The notes below the pieces were generated by a model that saw only the letters and a program-made list of their open reading frames with translations, was not told the origin of the DNA and searched no databases. The translations under genes and the position numbers were made by a program. DNA of 64,000 nucleotides from Isurus oxyrinchus (lineage: Eukaryota). Of the stretch, positions 30,001 through 42,479 are shown in pieces. Positions within the stretch are counted from its first letter, which is position 1, and every line of letters starts with the position of its first letter. The stretch lies in assembly GCA_026770705.1 (NCBI GenBank), contig JANJGN010000016.1, forward strand, positions 87,792,001-87,856,000. The letters run 5' to 3'.

Positions 30001-31678
30001 CTCTTCTAAACATGATCTCGGAATAGAATTTAGCATCAGCTACATTACACGTGATCTCTTCTACACATGATCTCAGAATTGAATTTAACACCAGCTACTT
30101 TACACATGATCTCTTCCACATGTGATCTGTGAATAGTATTTAGCATCAGTTACTTTACACGTGATCCCTTCTACACATGATCTCGGAATAGCATTTAGCA
30201 CCAGCTACTTTACACGTGATCTCTTCTACACATGATCTCTGAATAGTATTTAGCATCAGCTACTTTACACGTGATCCCTTCTACATGTGATCACTGAATA
30301 GAATTTAGCATCAGTTACTTTATACATGATCTCTTCTACACGTGATCTCTGAATAGTATTTAGCATCAGCTACTTTACACATGATCTCTTCTAGATGTGA
30401 TCTCGGAATAGTATTTAGCATCAGCTACTTTACACGTGATCTCTTCTACCCGTGATCTCTGAATAGTATTTAGCATCAGTTACTTTACACATGATCTCTT
30501 CTACACTTGATCTCTGAATAGTATTTAGCATCATCTACTTTACACATGATCTCTTCTACATGTGATCTCTGAATAGTATTTAGCATCAGCTACTTTACAC
30601 GTGATCTCTTCTACAATGATCTCTGAATAGTATTTAGCATCAGTTACTTTACACGTGATCTCTTCTACACGTGATCTCTGAATAGTATTTAGCATCAGCT
30701 TGTTTACATGTGATCTCTTCTACATGTCATCTCCGAATATTATTTAGCTTCGGCTAGTTTACACATGATCTCTTCTATACGTGATCTCTGAATATTATTT
30801 TGTATCAGTTGGTTTCACACGTGATCTCTTCTACATGTGATCTCTGAATATTATTTAGCATCAGCTGGTTTACACATGATCACTTCTAAATGTGATCTCT
30901 GAATAGTATTTAGCATCAGATAGTTTACACGTGATCTCTTCTACACGTGATCTCTTCTACATGTGATCTCGGAATAGTATTTAGCATCAGCTACTTTACA
31001 TGTGATCTCTTCTACATGTGATCTCTGAATAGTATTTAGCATCAGCTTGTTTACACGTGATCTCTTCTACACGTGATCTCTTCTACACGTGATATCGGAA
31101 TAGTATTTAGCTTCAGCTACTTTACACGTGATCTCTTCTACACATGATGACTGAATAGTGTTTAGCATCAGCTACTTTACACGTGATCTCTTCTACATGT
31201 GATCTCAGAATAGTATTTAGCTTCAGCTACTTTACACGTGATCTCTTCTACACATGATGACTGAATAGTGTTTAGCATCAGCTACTTTACACGTGATCTC
31301 TTCTACACGTGATCTCAGAATAGTATTTAGCATCAGCTGGTTTACACATGATCACTTCTAAATGTGATCTCAATAGTATTTAGCATCAGATAGTTTACAC
31401 GTGATCTCTTCTACACGTGATCTCTTCTACATGTGATCTCGGAATAGTATTTAGCATCAGCTACTTTACATGTGATCTCTTCTACATGTGATCTCTGAAT
31501 AGTGTTTAGCATCAGCTACTTTACACGTGATCTCTTCTACACATGCTGACTGAATTGTGTTTAGCATCAGCTACTTTACACGTGATCTCTTCTACACGTG
31601 ATCTCAGAATAGTATTTAGCATCAGCTAGTTTACACATTATCTCTTCCATACGTGTTCTCTGAATAGTATTTAGTATC
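1..31678. repeat. Satellite DNA array, 55-bp monomer (roughly 570 copies; truncated by window start)
   Basis: Consensus GATCTCTTCTACACGTGATCTCTGAATAGTATTTAGCATCAGCTACTTTACACGT repeats with 55-bp period (CATGTGATCTCTG at 1 and 56). Occasional 71-bp and 39-bp variants arise from gain or loss of a 16-bp GATCTCTTCTACACGT sub-repeat. Ends abruptly near 31678. Confidence 0.98.
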
Positions 31679-31929
31679 CAACACGAGCTCTCTGGCCTTC
31701 AACCCCCAGGTTAAGGGACCCTCTATCTAGCACAGAGCACCGTATAGTATCTAATTCTAGAGTCTGCTGTCACACTCAACAATTATCCTGACAACTCCCA
31801 GAACATCATCTGGGGTAACTCCGGGGTGCAGAGAATGGGAGGTCGTGGGTCAGTGTCACAATTGCTAATAATGGAGAAAATAGACTGGGGGAAGTTCAAG
31901 AGGCAGCATTAGAGCAACACAGATATCCC

Positions 31930-32760
31930 AGAGAGTTGTGGGGCTGGAGGATGTTACAGAGATGGCGGGGGCAGGGGAGGGTACAGGCTATGGAGGGATT
32001 TCTAAACAAGGGTGCGAATTTTAAATTCAAGGCTGTGCTTGACTGAGAGTCAGTGTGTGTCAGTGAGCGCAGGGGTGATAGACGAAGGAGACACAGGCAG
32101 CAGATTTTGGGTGATATCGAGATTATGGAGGGTAGGATGTTGGATGTGGGTCAGGAGTATGTTAGAATAGTCGTGTCTGGAGGTTACACAGACATTGATG
32201 AGGGTTTCCATAGAAGATGAGCTGAGCTGGGCCTGAGTCAGGTGTTTTTATGTAAGTGGAAATAGACGGTCTTAGTGATGACACAGTTACATGGTTAGAA
32301 GCCCATCTCAGGGGCAAATATAACACCAAGTTTGTGAACAGCCACAGAGCAGACAGGGAGAGGGATGGAACTGGTGGCTAGGAAATGGAGATTGTGGCAT
32401 GGACTGAAGGCATTGGCTTTGGAATTCCCGATATTCAGTTGGTGGATATTTCTGCTCATCCAGGAGTGAATATCGGATACGAGTCTGATCATTTTGAGAC
32501 TGTGGAGAGGTTGAGAGAGATGGTGGTGAGATGGAGCTGGGTGCTGTCAGTGTACACGTGGAACCTGATGCTGTGATTTCAGATGTGGGGCAGTAAGTAG
32601 ATGAGAAATCGGAGGCGGCCACAATTAGATCCTTGAGAGACACCAGAGGGAACAGACCAGGAGCTGGAAGAGAAGCCATTGCAGGTAATTCTCTGTGATT
32701 AGATCGATAAGAATGGAATTCCCAGTCAGCACTCTGTCTCTTCCAGGACGAGATAGCACA
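31930..32760 (-). mobile_element. Degenerate L2-type LINE reverse transcriptase fragment
   Basis: Minus strand gives a decayed SGV(P)QGS motif (~32620-32650), FHVYTDSTQL (decayed YADD, ~32535-32565) and LVSDIHSWMSRN..QLNIG..LGVIF (ORF 32295-32492), typical of the L2/CR1-group RT C-terminus. Confidence 0.8.
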
Positions 32761-33084
32761 GAACAGGCTCGAGCAGGACCTGACCATGGGGAGGAGGGGC
32801 ACGTCAGTATGAGGTCCCTCCCCTTGAGGAGGCAGTGCTGGTGGTGAGCGGGAGGGCAGTGGGAGACACAGTGAATGCAGGGAGAGCAGCAAGGGGGCAT
32901 CTCACCGGGAGGTATGTGAGCATTCCAGCTTCCTCACAGAGACACAGATATTCCCAATCCCGAATCCCCCAAACCCATCCTCACTCCCAACTCCATATGG
33001 TCTCATCACACATACCGTCCTGTAGAGGTCACACAGACTGTACCCAAACCCTCCCAATGTTATCATTGCAGGTTCCAGAAGCAA

Positions 33085-33551
33085 GATCCACCTCACCCCC
33101 TTCCCCATAGAGGAATAGGAAGATCCATCTCACCCCCTCCCCCATAGAGGAATAGGAAGATCCACCTCACCTCCTTCCCCATAGAGGAATAGGAAGATCC
33201 ATCTCACCCACTCCCCCATAGAGGAATAGGAAGATCCACCTCACTCCATCACCCATAGAGGAATAGGAAGATCCACCTCACCCCCACGCCCACAGAGGAA
33301 TAGGAAGATCCAACTCACCCCCTCCCCCATAGAGGAATAGGAAGATCCATCTCACCCCCTCCCCCATAGAGGAATAGGAAGATCCACCTCACCCCCTCCC
33401 CCATAGAGAAATAGGAAGATCCATCTCACCCCCACGCCCATAGAGGAATAGGAAGATCTACCTCACCCCCTCCCCCATAGAGGAATAGGAAGATCCACCT
33501 CACCCCCTCCCCCATAGAGGAATAGGAAGATCGACCTCACCTCCCTCCCCA
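33085..33551. repeat. 37-bp minisatellite, about 12-13 copies
   Basis: Unit GATCCACCTCACCCCCTCCCCCATAGAGGAATAGGAA in tandem. Confidence 0.95.
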
Positions 33552-33559
33552 CGCTCCAG

Positions 33560-34690
33560 TACTTTTCATTAGTAATGATAAGTTCTGGAAAGATTAATGG
33601 GGTAAAAGGTGATAAATCCCCTGGACCTGGTGCCCAACATCCTCGGGGTCTAATAGATGTGGCTGCAGAGAGAGTGGATGCATGGGTTTCATCTTCCCGA
33701 ATTCCCCAGATTCTAGACCATTCCCCATGGATTGGAAGGTAGTGAATGTAACCCCAGTGTTCCAGAAAGGAGGGAGGGAGAAAACAGGGAATTATACCAG
33801 ACCAGTTAGTCTGACATCAGGAATAGGGAAAATACTGGAATCTTTTATGGGGGATGTGGTAACAGGACACTTGGAAAATCCCGGCCTTGATTAGACTCGG
33901 TCAACAGGGATTTATGAAAGGGAATCATGTCTGACTGAAGGATTGTAGATTTTTCCGTGTGTAACTGGCAGGGTCGATACGGAGGAACCATCGATTCGGT
34001 ATATTTGGATTTTCAGGAGACACTGGATAAGATTCCACACGGGAGGTTGTGACACAAGATTAGGGTTCATGGGATTGGGGAGAATGTATGAACATGGATT
34101 CCGGACAAGCTAACGGACAGAACACGGCGGGAATGAACTGGTCACTATTCAAACATATTAGATAGGTTTGAAATAAAGATAGAATTGCTTTAGGAGCAGT
34201 TCAGAGAAGGTCCACTGGACTCATTCTTTGGATGAAGGTGTTGTTTTATGAAGGAAGCTCCAACAGGTCAGGCCTATATCCACTGGAGTTTCAAAGAGCG
34301 AGAGGGGATCTTATTGAAACATATAAGATCCAGCGGGGACTTGATAGAGTGTATCCCCTGAGGATGTTTCCTCATCTGGGGGAGACTAGAACTAGGGGTC
34401 ATAGTTTAAAAATAAGGGGTCTCCCTTTTAAGCCAGAGATGTGAAGAAAAGCTTTATCCCAAAGTGTAGTTGGTGTGTGGAATTCTCTTCCACAGAAAGT
34501 AGTGGAGCCAGGGTTTTTGAATTGATTCAGGGCAGAGTTAGATTTTTATAGGCAACAAAGTCAAGGCTTAAGGGGGGCAGGAAAGTGGAGCTGAGACTAT
34601 AACCGGATCAGCCATTCTCGTATTGAATGACGGAGCAGGCTCGAAGGGCCGAATGGCCTACTGCTGTTCCGATGTTCCTGTGTCCCTGTT
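33560..34690 (+). mobile_element. 5'-truncated, internally deleted CR1 LINE (RT part plus 3' tail)
   Basis: DKSPGP; DWKVVNVTPVFQKGGREKTGNY.RPVSLTS (ORF 33682-33894); LEF..RGDLIETYKI..GLDRV..TRGHSLKIRG (ORF 34232-34444); CR1-type tail GAAGGGCCGAATGGCCTACTGCTGTTCC followed by short repeats. Confidence 0.88.
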
Positions 34691-34719
34691 ATCAGGATGG
34701 AGAACTGGAACTAACAGGA

Positions 34720-34880
34720 CAGGATCATTGGGTCTCTGCTATTTACAGTTGAGAGCAATGATTTAGACGAGGGGTCTGAGTGTAACACAGACAAGGTTAC
34801 TGACAATAAATAGTTAGTTGGGAAAGTAAGCTGTGAGGAGGATACAAAGAGACTGCAAAGGGATATAAACAGGTTCAGAT
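34720..34880 (+). mobile_element. Short decayed CR1 RT fragment, followed by a (GA)n microsatellite (~34885-34909)
   Basis: NDLDEG..K(F/V)(A/T)D..K..G.VSCEEDTKRLQRDI-like segment. Confidence 0.65.
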
Positions 34881-35219
34881 ATTCGAGAGAGAGAGAGAGA
34901 GAGAGAGAGTATGGGAAACACCCTCAGGGTTTAAACTGAAATGTGACAGAGCAGTTGCTGAGAGAGGCGACTGGAACAGGAGAAAAAAATCACAAAGAGA
35001 CGATCACCGCACAAGGAGAAGCGGCAGGGGTAAGTTTACCCAGAAACAGTTCAGTGAATCCTCCTATCAGCTAAACCCGATCAAGTGATGTATTCAAAAC
35101 TGTAAAATAAGATTAGTTGATTAAAAATGATGACCACAAATTTTGCCTCCATAACCCCGGGAATTTGGACACGACAGGAACCCGATTGGAAACAAAATGG
35201 CGGCTGCAGATAAAAAAAA

Positions 35220-36360
35220 ACAATTTCTCATTCTCCCTGGTCCCTTGGATCTCTAACTCTGGGAGATTTCCTGTATCTTTGTCAGTGAAGACAGACACAA
35301 AGTAATCATTTAGCTTCTCTGCCATTTCTCTATTCCCCATTATAAATTCTCTTAGCTACCTGTAATGGACCCACATTTATTTTAGCTAAACATTTCCTTT
35401 TTCATACCTACAGAAGCTTTTACAGTCAGTTTACATGTCTTTTGCGAGTTTACGTTCATTTTCTATTCTCCCTTTATCAGTTTCTTGGCCCTCCTTTGCT
35501 GTTTTCTAAAATGCTCCCAATCCTTAAGTTTGTTAATATTTTCGACAACTTTATAAGCCCTTACTTTTAATCTTAAACAATCCTTAATGTCCTTTGTTAG
35601 CCACATTGACTGATTTTTCTTTTTTGGTTTTTGTGCCTTGAAGGAATGTATAATTGCAGTAAACTATGTAATAATTCACTAAAGACTATCCATTGCCAAT
35701 GTACTGTCGCACCTTTCAATGTATTTCCCAATCCACATCAAGCAATTTTCCCCCTCACAGAAACCCAAGGAGAAATCATTTTCCTTGTTGAAATTTAACA
35801 CACTGGTTTCGGATTGAACTGCCTCACTTTCAAACATAATGTAAATTACCGAATACTCGATCTATAATAGCCTGTCCTCTGGTCCGTTCCTCAACATTCT
35901 GCTCTAGAAAACCATCCCTAACACACTCCAGAAACTCCTCCTCCCCAGTGTCAGTGCTCATTGCTCTGACCCAGTCTAAATGCAAATTGAAATCACCCAT
36001 GATCACTGTATTACCCATTCTACACATGTCTCTAATCTCCTGATCAATATCATGCCCCACATTACCAATACTGTTTGGTGGCTGATGAACAGCTCCAACC
36101 AATCGTTGCTGCCTCTTGCTGTTTCTTAGCTCCCACACAAACAGATTCCACACATTGTTCTTCTGATCTGAGATCCACCCATACTAATGCCTGATCCTGT
36201 CCCTTATTATCAGCGCAGTACTAACACCTTTTCCTTTCTCCTGTCCTTCCTAAATGTCAAATATCATTGAATATTCAGTTCCCAGTCTTTGTCACCCTGT
36301 AGCCACATTTCTGTCATGGCAATTAGATCATAGGCATTTACCTCTATCTGTGCCTTTAAT
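35220..36360 (-). mobile_element. CR1 LINE ORF2 endonuclease/linker fragment
   Basis: Minus-strand ORFs WELRNSK..LVGAVHQPPNS..VIMGDFNLHLDW..FLECVRDGFLEQNVEE.TRGQAI (35830-36153) and MGNREMAEKLNDYFVSVFT (35113-35340). Confidence 0.88.
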
Positions 36361-36753
36361 TTGCTAGTTAATAATGCTTGCACACAAACAGCAGAGAGAC
36401 CTTACCCTGAGTGAGACACAGTCAGAGTGAGTGTGGGTATTGGCAATTTGGTGCACAGTGGGAATTCGCTACACAAGGGAAGAGGTGCTCTTTGTGTTTT
36501 TTTCTTTGCTATCCAACTTCTTAAATCTTCAGAGAGTGGTCTTGCCCTGCTGCAGCAGTAGAGGCTACAAGGGAAAGGAATGGCTGGTAAGTAGTGGGTA
36601 AGGTCGGGTAAGTATTTACTACTTTTATTGCTTATAGTTTAAGGACTATAATCAAAGATTGGTTTATGGTTTGTATATTCTGTAGTTATGAGGATCAGGA
36701 AAGAAGGGCCCTCGAGTAATTGATTTACAATGTTTAATTTAAAGGGATAAATC

Positions 36754-37689
36754 ATGGCAGGAGAGCTCAAAGCCGTGGTGTGCTCTTCGTGCTCCATGTG
36801 TGAAGCTGGGAACATTTCCAGTGCCCGGGACCAGCATTTGTGCAGGAAGTGTGTCCAGCTGCAGCTCCTGGAAGCTCAGATTTCAGAGCTGGAACGGAAG
36901 CTGGAGACACTGTGGAGCATCCGCAAGTCTGAGAGCATCGTGGATAGCACATTTAGAGAGGTGGTCACATGCAGCTGAAGTGACTTGAGGAAGGAAAGGA
37001 ATGGGTGACCACAAGGCAGTCCAAACGAAACAGGCAGGTAGTTCAGGAGTCCCCTGAGGTACTGCTCACAAATCGGTATTACATTTTGGAGTCTGATGAG
37101 GATGCTGGTTCCTCCAGAGAGTGCAGACAGAGCCAAGCTTCTGGCACCACAAGCAGCCTGTCTGTACCAGAGGGGAGGAAGAGCAATAGTAATAGAGGAT
37201 TATATAGTCAGGGGAACAGGTAGGCGCTACTGTGGCTGTCAACGTGACTCCAGGATGGTGTGTTGTCTCCTTGGTGCCAGGGTCCGGGATGTCACTGAAC
37301 AGCTGCAGGGCATCCTGAAGGGGGTGGGTGATAAGGCAGAGGTCATGGTACATGTTGGTACCAATGACATAGGTAGAAAGAGGGATGAGGTCTTGCATCA
37401 ATATTTCAGGGAGTTAGGCAGTAGACTAAAAAGCAAGACCTCTCGGGTTGTAATCTCTGGATTACTCCCAGTGCCACATGCTAGTGAGCACAGAAATAGG
37501 AGAATAGTGCAGATGAATACGTGGATTAAGAGTTGGTGCAGGAGGGAGGGTTTTAGATTCCTGGATCACTGGGACCGTTTCTGGGGAAGGTGGGACCTGT
37601 ACAAGTGGATCGGTCTACATCTGAACCAGAGCGGGACTAATATCCTTGCTGGCGGGTTTGCCAGTGCTGTTGGGAGGTGTTTAAAATAA
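36754..37689 (+). pseudogene. CR1 ORF1: zinc finger/coiled coil plus SGNH esterase domain, disrupted
   Basis: CSSC..CRKC zinc finger and leucine heptads (36754-36978); esterase blocks AIVIEDY (decayed GDS), VHVGTNDIG, GLHLN (37096-37689); stop and frameshifts in between. Confidence 0.85.
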
Positions 37690-37810
37690 TTAGCAGGGGG
37701 AGGGGACACAGAATGTTAACAGAATAGGGACACATCATAATACAATAAAACAATCAAGTCAGACAGAGTACAGCTGCATTAAGTTTCAAGGGAGTAAGGC
37801 AAGGCTGGAT

Positions 37811-40609
37811 GGCCTCTACTTTAATGCCAAGAGTATTACAGGTAAAACGGATGAGTTAAGGGTGAGGATTGACACGTGGAATTGTGATATATTGGCCATC
37901 ACTGAAACGTGGCTGAGGGAGGGGCAGGATTGGCAGCTCAACATTCTGGGATATAGAATCTTCAGGCGAGACGGGGAGGCGGTAAAAGAGGAGGAGGCAT
38001 TGCATTATTAGTTAGGGAGTCAGTTACTGCAGTAAGGAGAGATGATATCTTGGAGGGGGCATCGAATGAAGCTTTGTGGGTGGAGCTTAGGAATGAAAAA
38101 GGGGCAGCCACATTGTTAGGTGTTTATTATAGACCCACAGATAGTCAGCAGGAAATTGAGGAGCAAATATGAGCACAATTTGCGGAGGTGTGTAAAAACA
38201 ATAACAATAGGGTAATTATGTTAGGAGATTTCAACTTTCCCAACATTAATTGGGATAGACATAGTGTTAAGTGCTTGGATGGATTGGATATTTTGAAATG
38301 TTTACAGGAGGACTTTTTAGGTCAATATGTAGAGGGTCCAACAAGGGATGGCGCAGTGCTGGACTAATTTTGGGGAATGAAGCCGGAGAGGTGGCTGAGG
38401 TGGTGGTGGGGGAGCATTTTAGTGATATTGACCACAACATGGTACAGTTTAGGCTTGTTATGGACAAAGAAATAGGCAAGTTGCAAAAAAATGTTTTGGA
38501 TTGGGGGAGATTGGATTTTAGTAAAATAAGGCAGGATCTGGCCAAGGTAGACCGGGAACAGTTACTTGTGGGGAAATCTACAGAGGAGCAGTGGGGGGTA
38601 TTGAAAAAGGAAATGGGGAGTGTACAGGCTCAACATGTTCCCTCTAGGGTGATAGGAAGGAGTAACAAGCCCAGAGAACCATGGATGACCAGAGTTATTC
38701 AGGATACGATGAAAATGAAGAGAGAGGCTTTTAGCAGGTACAAGGGAAGCAAATCAGCGGAGGCATTAGTGGAGTACAGACAGTGCAGACTGGAGCTTAG
38801 AAAGCAATTAGGAGAGCAAAGAGGGGATATGAGAAAGCTCTGGCTGGTAAAAGTAGGGAAAATCCCAAGATATTCCAGATGTATATCAATGGGAAGAGGA
38901 TAACCAGGGAAAGAGTAGGGCCCATTAGGGACCAAGGGGGCAATCTATGGGCGGAGCCAGCGGACATCGCTAGAGTGTTGAATGAATACTTCTCATCCGT
39001 CTTCAACCAAGAGAATGAGAATGAAGGTATGGAACTCGGGGAGAGAGACTGCAAGGTTCTTAAATAAATTGATATATGGAGTGACAAGGTATTGGAGATG
39101 TTGGCAGGCTTAAAAGTGGACAAATCTCCAGGTCCGGACGATCTGTCTTCCAGACTGCTGAAGGAGGTAAGGGAGAAGATCTGAAGGGCTCTGACCCAAA
39201 TTTTTAATTCCTCTCTGGCCACGGGGGAGGTGCCAGAGGACTGGAGAAAAGCTAATGTGGTTCCGCTATATAAGAAGTGTTGTAGAGATAAGCCAGGGAA
39301 TTACAGGCCAGTGAGTCTCACATCAGTGGTAGGGAAATTATTGGAGAAAGTTCTGAAGGAGAGTATCTATCTCCACTTGGAGAGGCAAGGTTTGATCAGG
39401 GATAGTCAGCATGGCTTTGTCAGAGGGGGGGCATCCCTAACAAATTTGATTGAATGTTTTGAGGAGGTGACCAGGTGTGTAGATAAGGGTAGTGCAGTTG
39501 ATGTAGTTTATATGGATTTCAGCAAAGCCTTCGACAAGTTCCCACATGGGAAATTTATAAAGAAGGCAAATGGACATGGGATACAGGGTAATTTGATAAG
39601 ATGGATTCAAAATTGGTTTAGTTGTAGGAGACAGATGGTGATGACAGAAGGATGCTTTAGTGACTGGAAGCCAGTGTCCAGTGGTGTACCACAGGGATCT
39701 GTGCTCAGTCCCCTATTATTCGTCGTTTATATAAACAACATAGATGACTATGTGGGGGTAGGATTAGTAAGTTTGCGGATGACACAAAGATTGGCCGGGT
39801 GGTTAACAGTGAGGCTGAGAGTCTTGGGCTACAGGAAGATATAGACAGGATGGTCAAATGGGCAGATAAGTGGCAGATGGAACTTAACCCTGAAAAGTGT
39901 GAGGTGATACACTTTGGAAGGAGTAATTTGACAAGGAAGTATTCAATGAAAGGCATGAGACTTGGAAGTTCTGAGGAACAAAGTGACATTGGAGTGTGTG
40001 TCCATAGATCTCTGAAGGCGGAGGGGCATGTTAGTGGGGTGGTGAAAAAGACATATGGGACACTTGCCTTTATCAATCGAGGCATAGATTACAAAATTTG
40101 GGAGTCATGTTGGAGTGTATAGAACCTTGGTGAGGCCACAGCTGGAGTACTGTGTGCAGTTCTGGTCGCCACATTATAGGAAGGATGTGATTGCAGTGGA
40201 CGGGGTGCAGAGGAGATTCACCAGGATGTTGCCTGGGACGAAAAATTTAAGTTATGAAGAGAGGTTGGAAATGCTTGGGTTGTTTTCATTGGAGCAGAGA
40301 AGACTGAGGGGCCACCTGATCGAGGTGTACAAGATTATGAGGGGCATGGACAGGGTGGATAGGGAGCAGCTGTTCCCCTTAGTTGAAGGGTCAGTTATGA
40401 GGGGATATAAGTTCAAGGTGAGGGGCAGGAAGTTTAGGGGGGATGTGAGGGGAACATTTTTTACCCAGAGAGTGGTGACAGTCTGGAATGCATTGCCTGG
40501 GAGAGTGGTGCAGGCGGGTTGCCTCACATCATTTAAAAAGTACCTGGATGAGCACCAGGAACGTCATAACATTCAAGGCTATGGGCCAAGTGCTGGTAAA
40601 TTGGATTAG
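37811..40609 (+). pseudogene. CR1 ORF2: AP endonuclease plus reverse transcriptase, multiple stops and frameshifts
   Basis: GLYFNAKSI, AITETWL, YYRP, LGDFNFPNINW, DKSPGPD, NYRPVSLTS, SQHGF, DFSKAFD, GVPQGSVL, SKFADDTK (~39766-39789), VRPQLEYCVQFWSP, WNALP. Confidence 0.93.
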
Positions 40610-40776
40610 GTAGGAAGGTCAGGTGTTTCTCACGTGTCAGTGTAGACTTGATGGGCTGAAGGGTCTCTTCCCCACTGTGTGATTCTGTGATTCTGTGATT
40701 GTGTGAATAGTCTTGTTATAAAAGAACCGTTCGGATGAATGACAATAACATGATAGAATTTACATTATGTTTTAAA

Positions 40777-41990
40777 ATGTACAGACTGGATTGTGAAATG
40801 TGAGGTACCTGAGTACACAGAGTGGATTGTGAAGTGTGATGTACGTGAGTACACAGACTGCATTGTGAAGTGTGATGTACCTGAGTACACAGACTGGATT
40901 GTGAAGTGTGATGTACGTGAGTACACAGACTGCATTGTGAAGTGTGATGTACCTGAGTATACAGACTGGATTGTGAAATGTGACGTACCTGTGTACACAG
41001 ACTGGAATGTGATGTGTGATGTACCTGAGTACACAGATTGGATTGTGAAGTGTGATGTACCTGAGTACACAGACAGGATTGTGAAATGTGACGTACCTGT
41101 GTACACAGACTGGATTGTTAAGTGTGATGTACCTGAGTACATAGACTGGATTGTTAAGTGTGATGTACCAGAGTACACAGAATGGATTGTTAAGTGTGAT
41201 GTACCTGAGTACACAGCCTCAATTGTGAAGTGTGGTGTATCTGAGTACACAGAGTAGCTTGTGAAGTGTGATTTACCTGAGTACACAGACAGGATTGTGA
41301 AGTGTGGTGCACCTGAGTACACAGACTGGATTGTGAAGTGTGATGTACCTGAGTAGACAGCCTGGATTGTGAAGCGTGATATACCTGAGTACACAGACTG
41401 GATTGTGAAGTGTGATGTACCTGAGTACACAGACTGGATTGTGAAGTGTGATGTACCTGAGTACACAGACTGGATTGTGAAGCGTGATGTACCTGAGTAC
41501 ACAGACTGGATTGTGAAGTGTGATGTACCTGAGTACACAGACTGGATTGTGAAGTGTGATGTACCTGAGTACACAGACTGGATTATGAAGTGTGATGTAC
41601 CTGAGTACACAGACTGGATTGTGAAGTATGATGTACCTGAGTACACAGACAGGATTGTGAAGTGTGATGTACCTGAGTACACAGACTGGATTGTGAAGTG
41701 TGATGTACCTGAGTACACAGACTGGATTGTGAAGTATGATGTACCTGAGTACACAGACTAGATTGTGCAGTGTGATATACCTGAGTACACAGACTGGATT
41801 GTGAAGTATGATGTACCTGAGTACACAGACAGGATTGTGAAGTGTGATGTACCTGAGTACACAGACTGGATTGTGAAGTGTGATATACCTGAGTACACAG
41901 ACTGGATTGTGAAGTGTGATGTACCTGAGTACACAGACTTGATTGTGAAGTGTGTTGTACCTGAGTACACAGACTGGATTGTGAAATGTC
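40777..41990. repeat. 36-bp minisatellite, about 33 copies
   Basis: Unit GATTGTGAAGTGTGATGTACCTGAGTACACAGACTG; produces the 12-aa periodic ORFs in the track. Confidence 0.97.
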
Positions 41991-42479
41991 ACTTCACCAA
42001 TAAGTAGCCATTGTTAAACTATAATAATGACATTTTGCTGAGCAACTTATTAATAAAATTTTATTGCAGCTTTTTGCAGATCTTTATATATTGGCACAAT
42101 AATCTGGTCTGCATATATTACTGTATATTGATAACATATATTTGTAATACATATTTTAATTCATATAATATGATACATATGACTTATTACTCAGGCTTCC
42201 CTATATATTACTCAGCAGAATATATCGTCACTAACGTTTTAACTATATAGTGTCACAGCTCTGATAACCATATTAATCAAGTTTTAATTGTATCTTTCAT
42301 TCTCTCTGTGTTTACTGACACAATTCTCTGGTTTGTGGGTTCCCCTATGTACAAACCATCTGTGATGTCCTTGGAGTAATGGCTCAAACTGACTCCATCA
42401 AACTGACATTCCAAATAGGCCGACATTGTTCATAACGGGATTAACTGTAATTGGCTCAGATCTGAGCATCAGCAGCTAA

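Larger units (their letters stand above)
36390..40706 (+). mobile_element. Near full-length but inactivated CR1 LINE (5'UTR, ORF1, ORF2, octamer-repeat tail)
   Basis: Colinear ORF1 and APE-RT ORF2 motifs; 3' end (GATTCTGT)n at ~40680-40706 is the CR1 hallmark. 5' boundary approximate; no target-site duplication seen. Confidence 0.93.

Noticed and set aside
1-31678. CRISPR-like array or coding ORFs (16658-16855, 26943-27164) in the 55-bp repeat
   Set aside because: No unique spacers; head-to-tail satellite in a vertebrate context; ORFs are chance stop-free runs.
40765-42007. 12-aa periodic ORFs (IVKCDVPEYTDW and others)
   Set aside because: Translations of a 36-bp minisatellite, open on both strands; no gene structure seen.
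42011-42250. 79-aa ORF or matrix-attachment region in an AT-rich stretch
   Set aside because: Non-ATG start, low-complexity composition and no recognisable domain; AT richness alone is insufficient for a MAR call.
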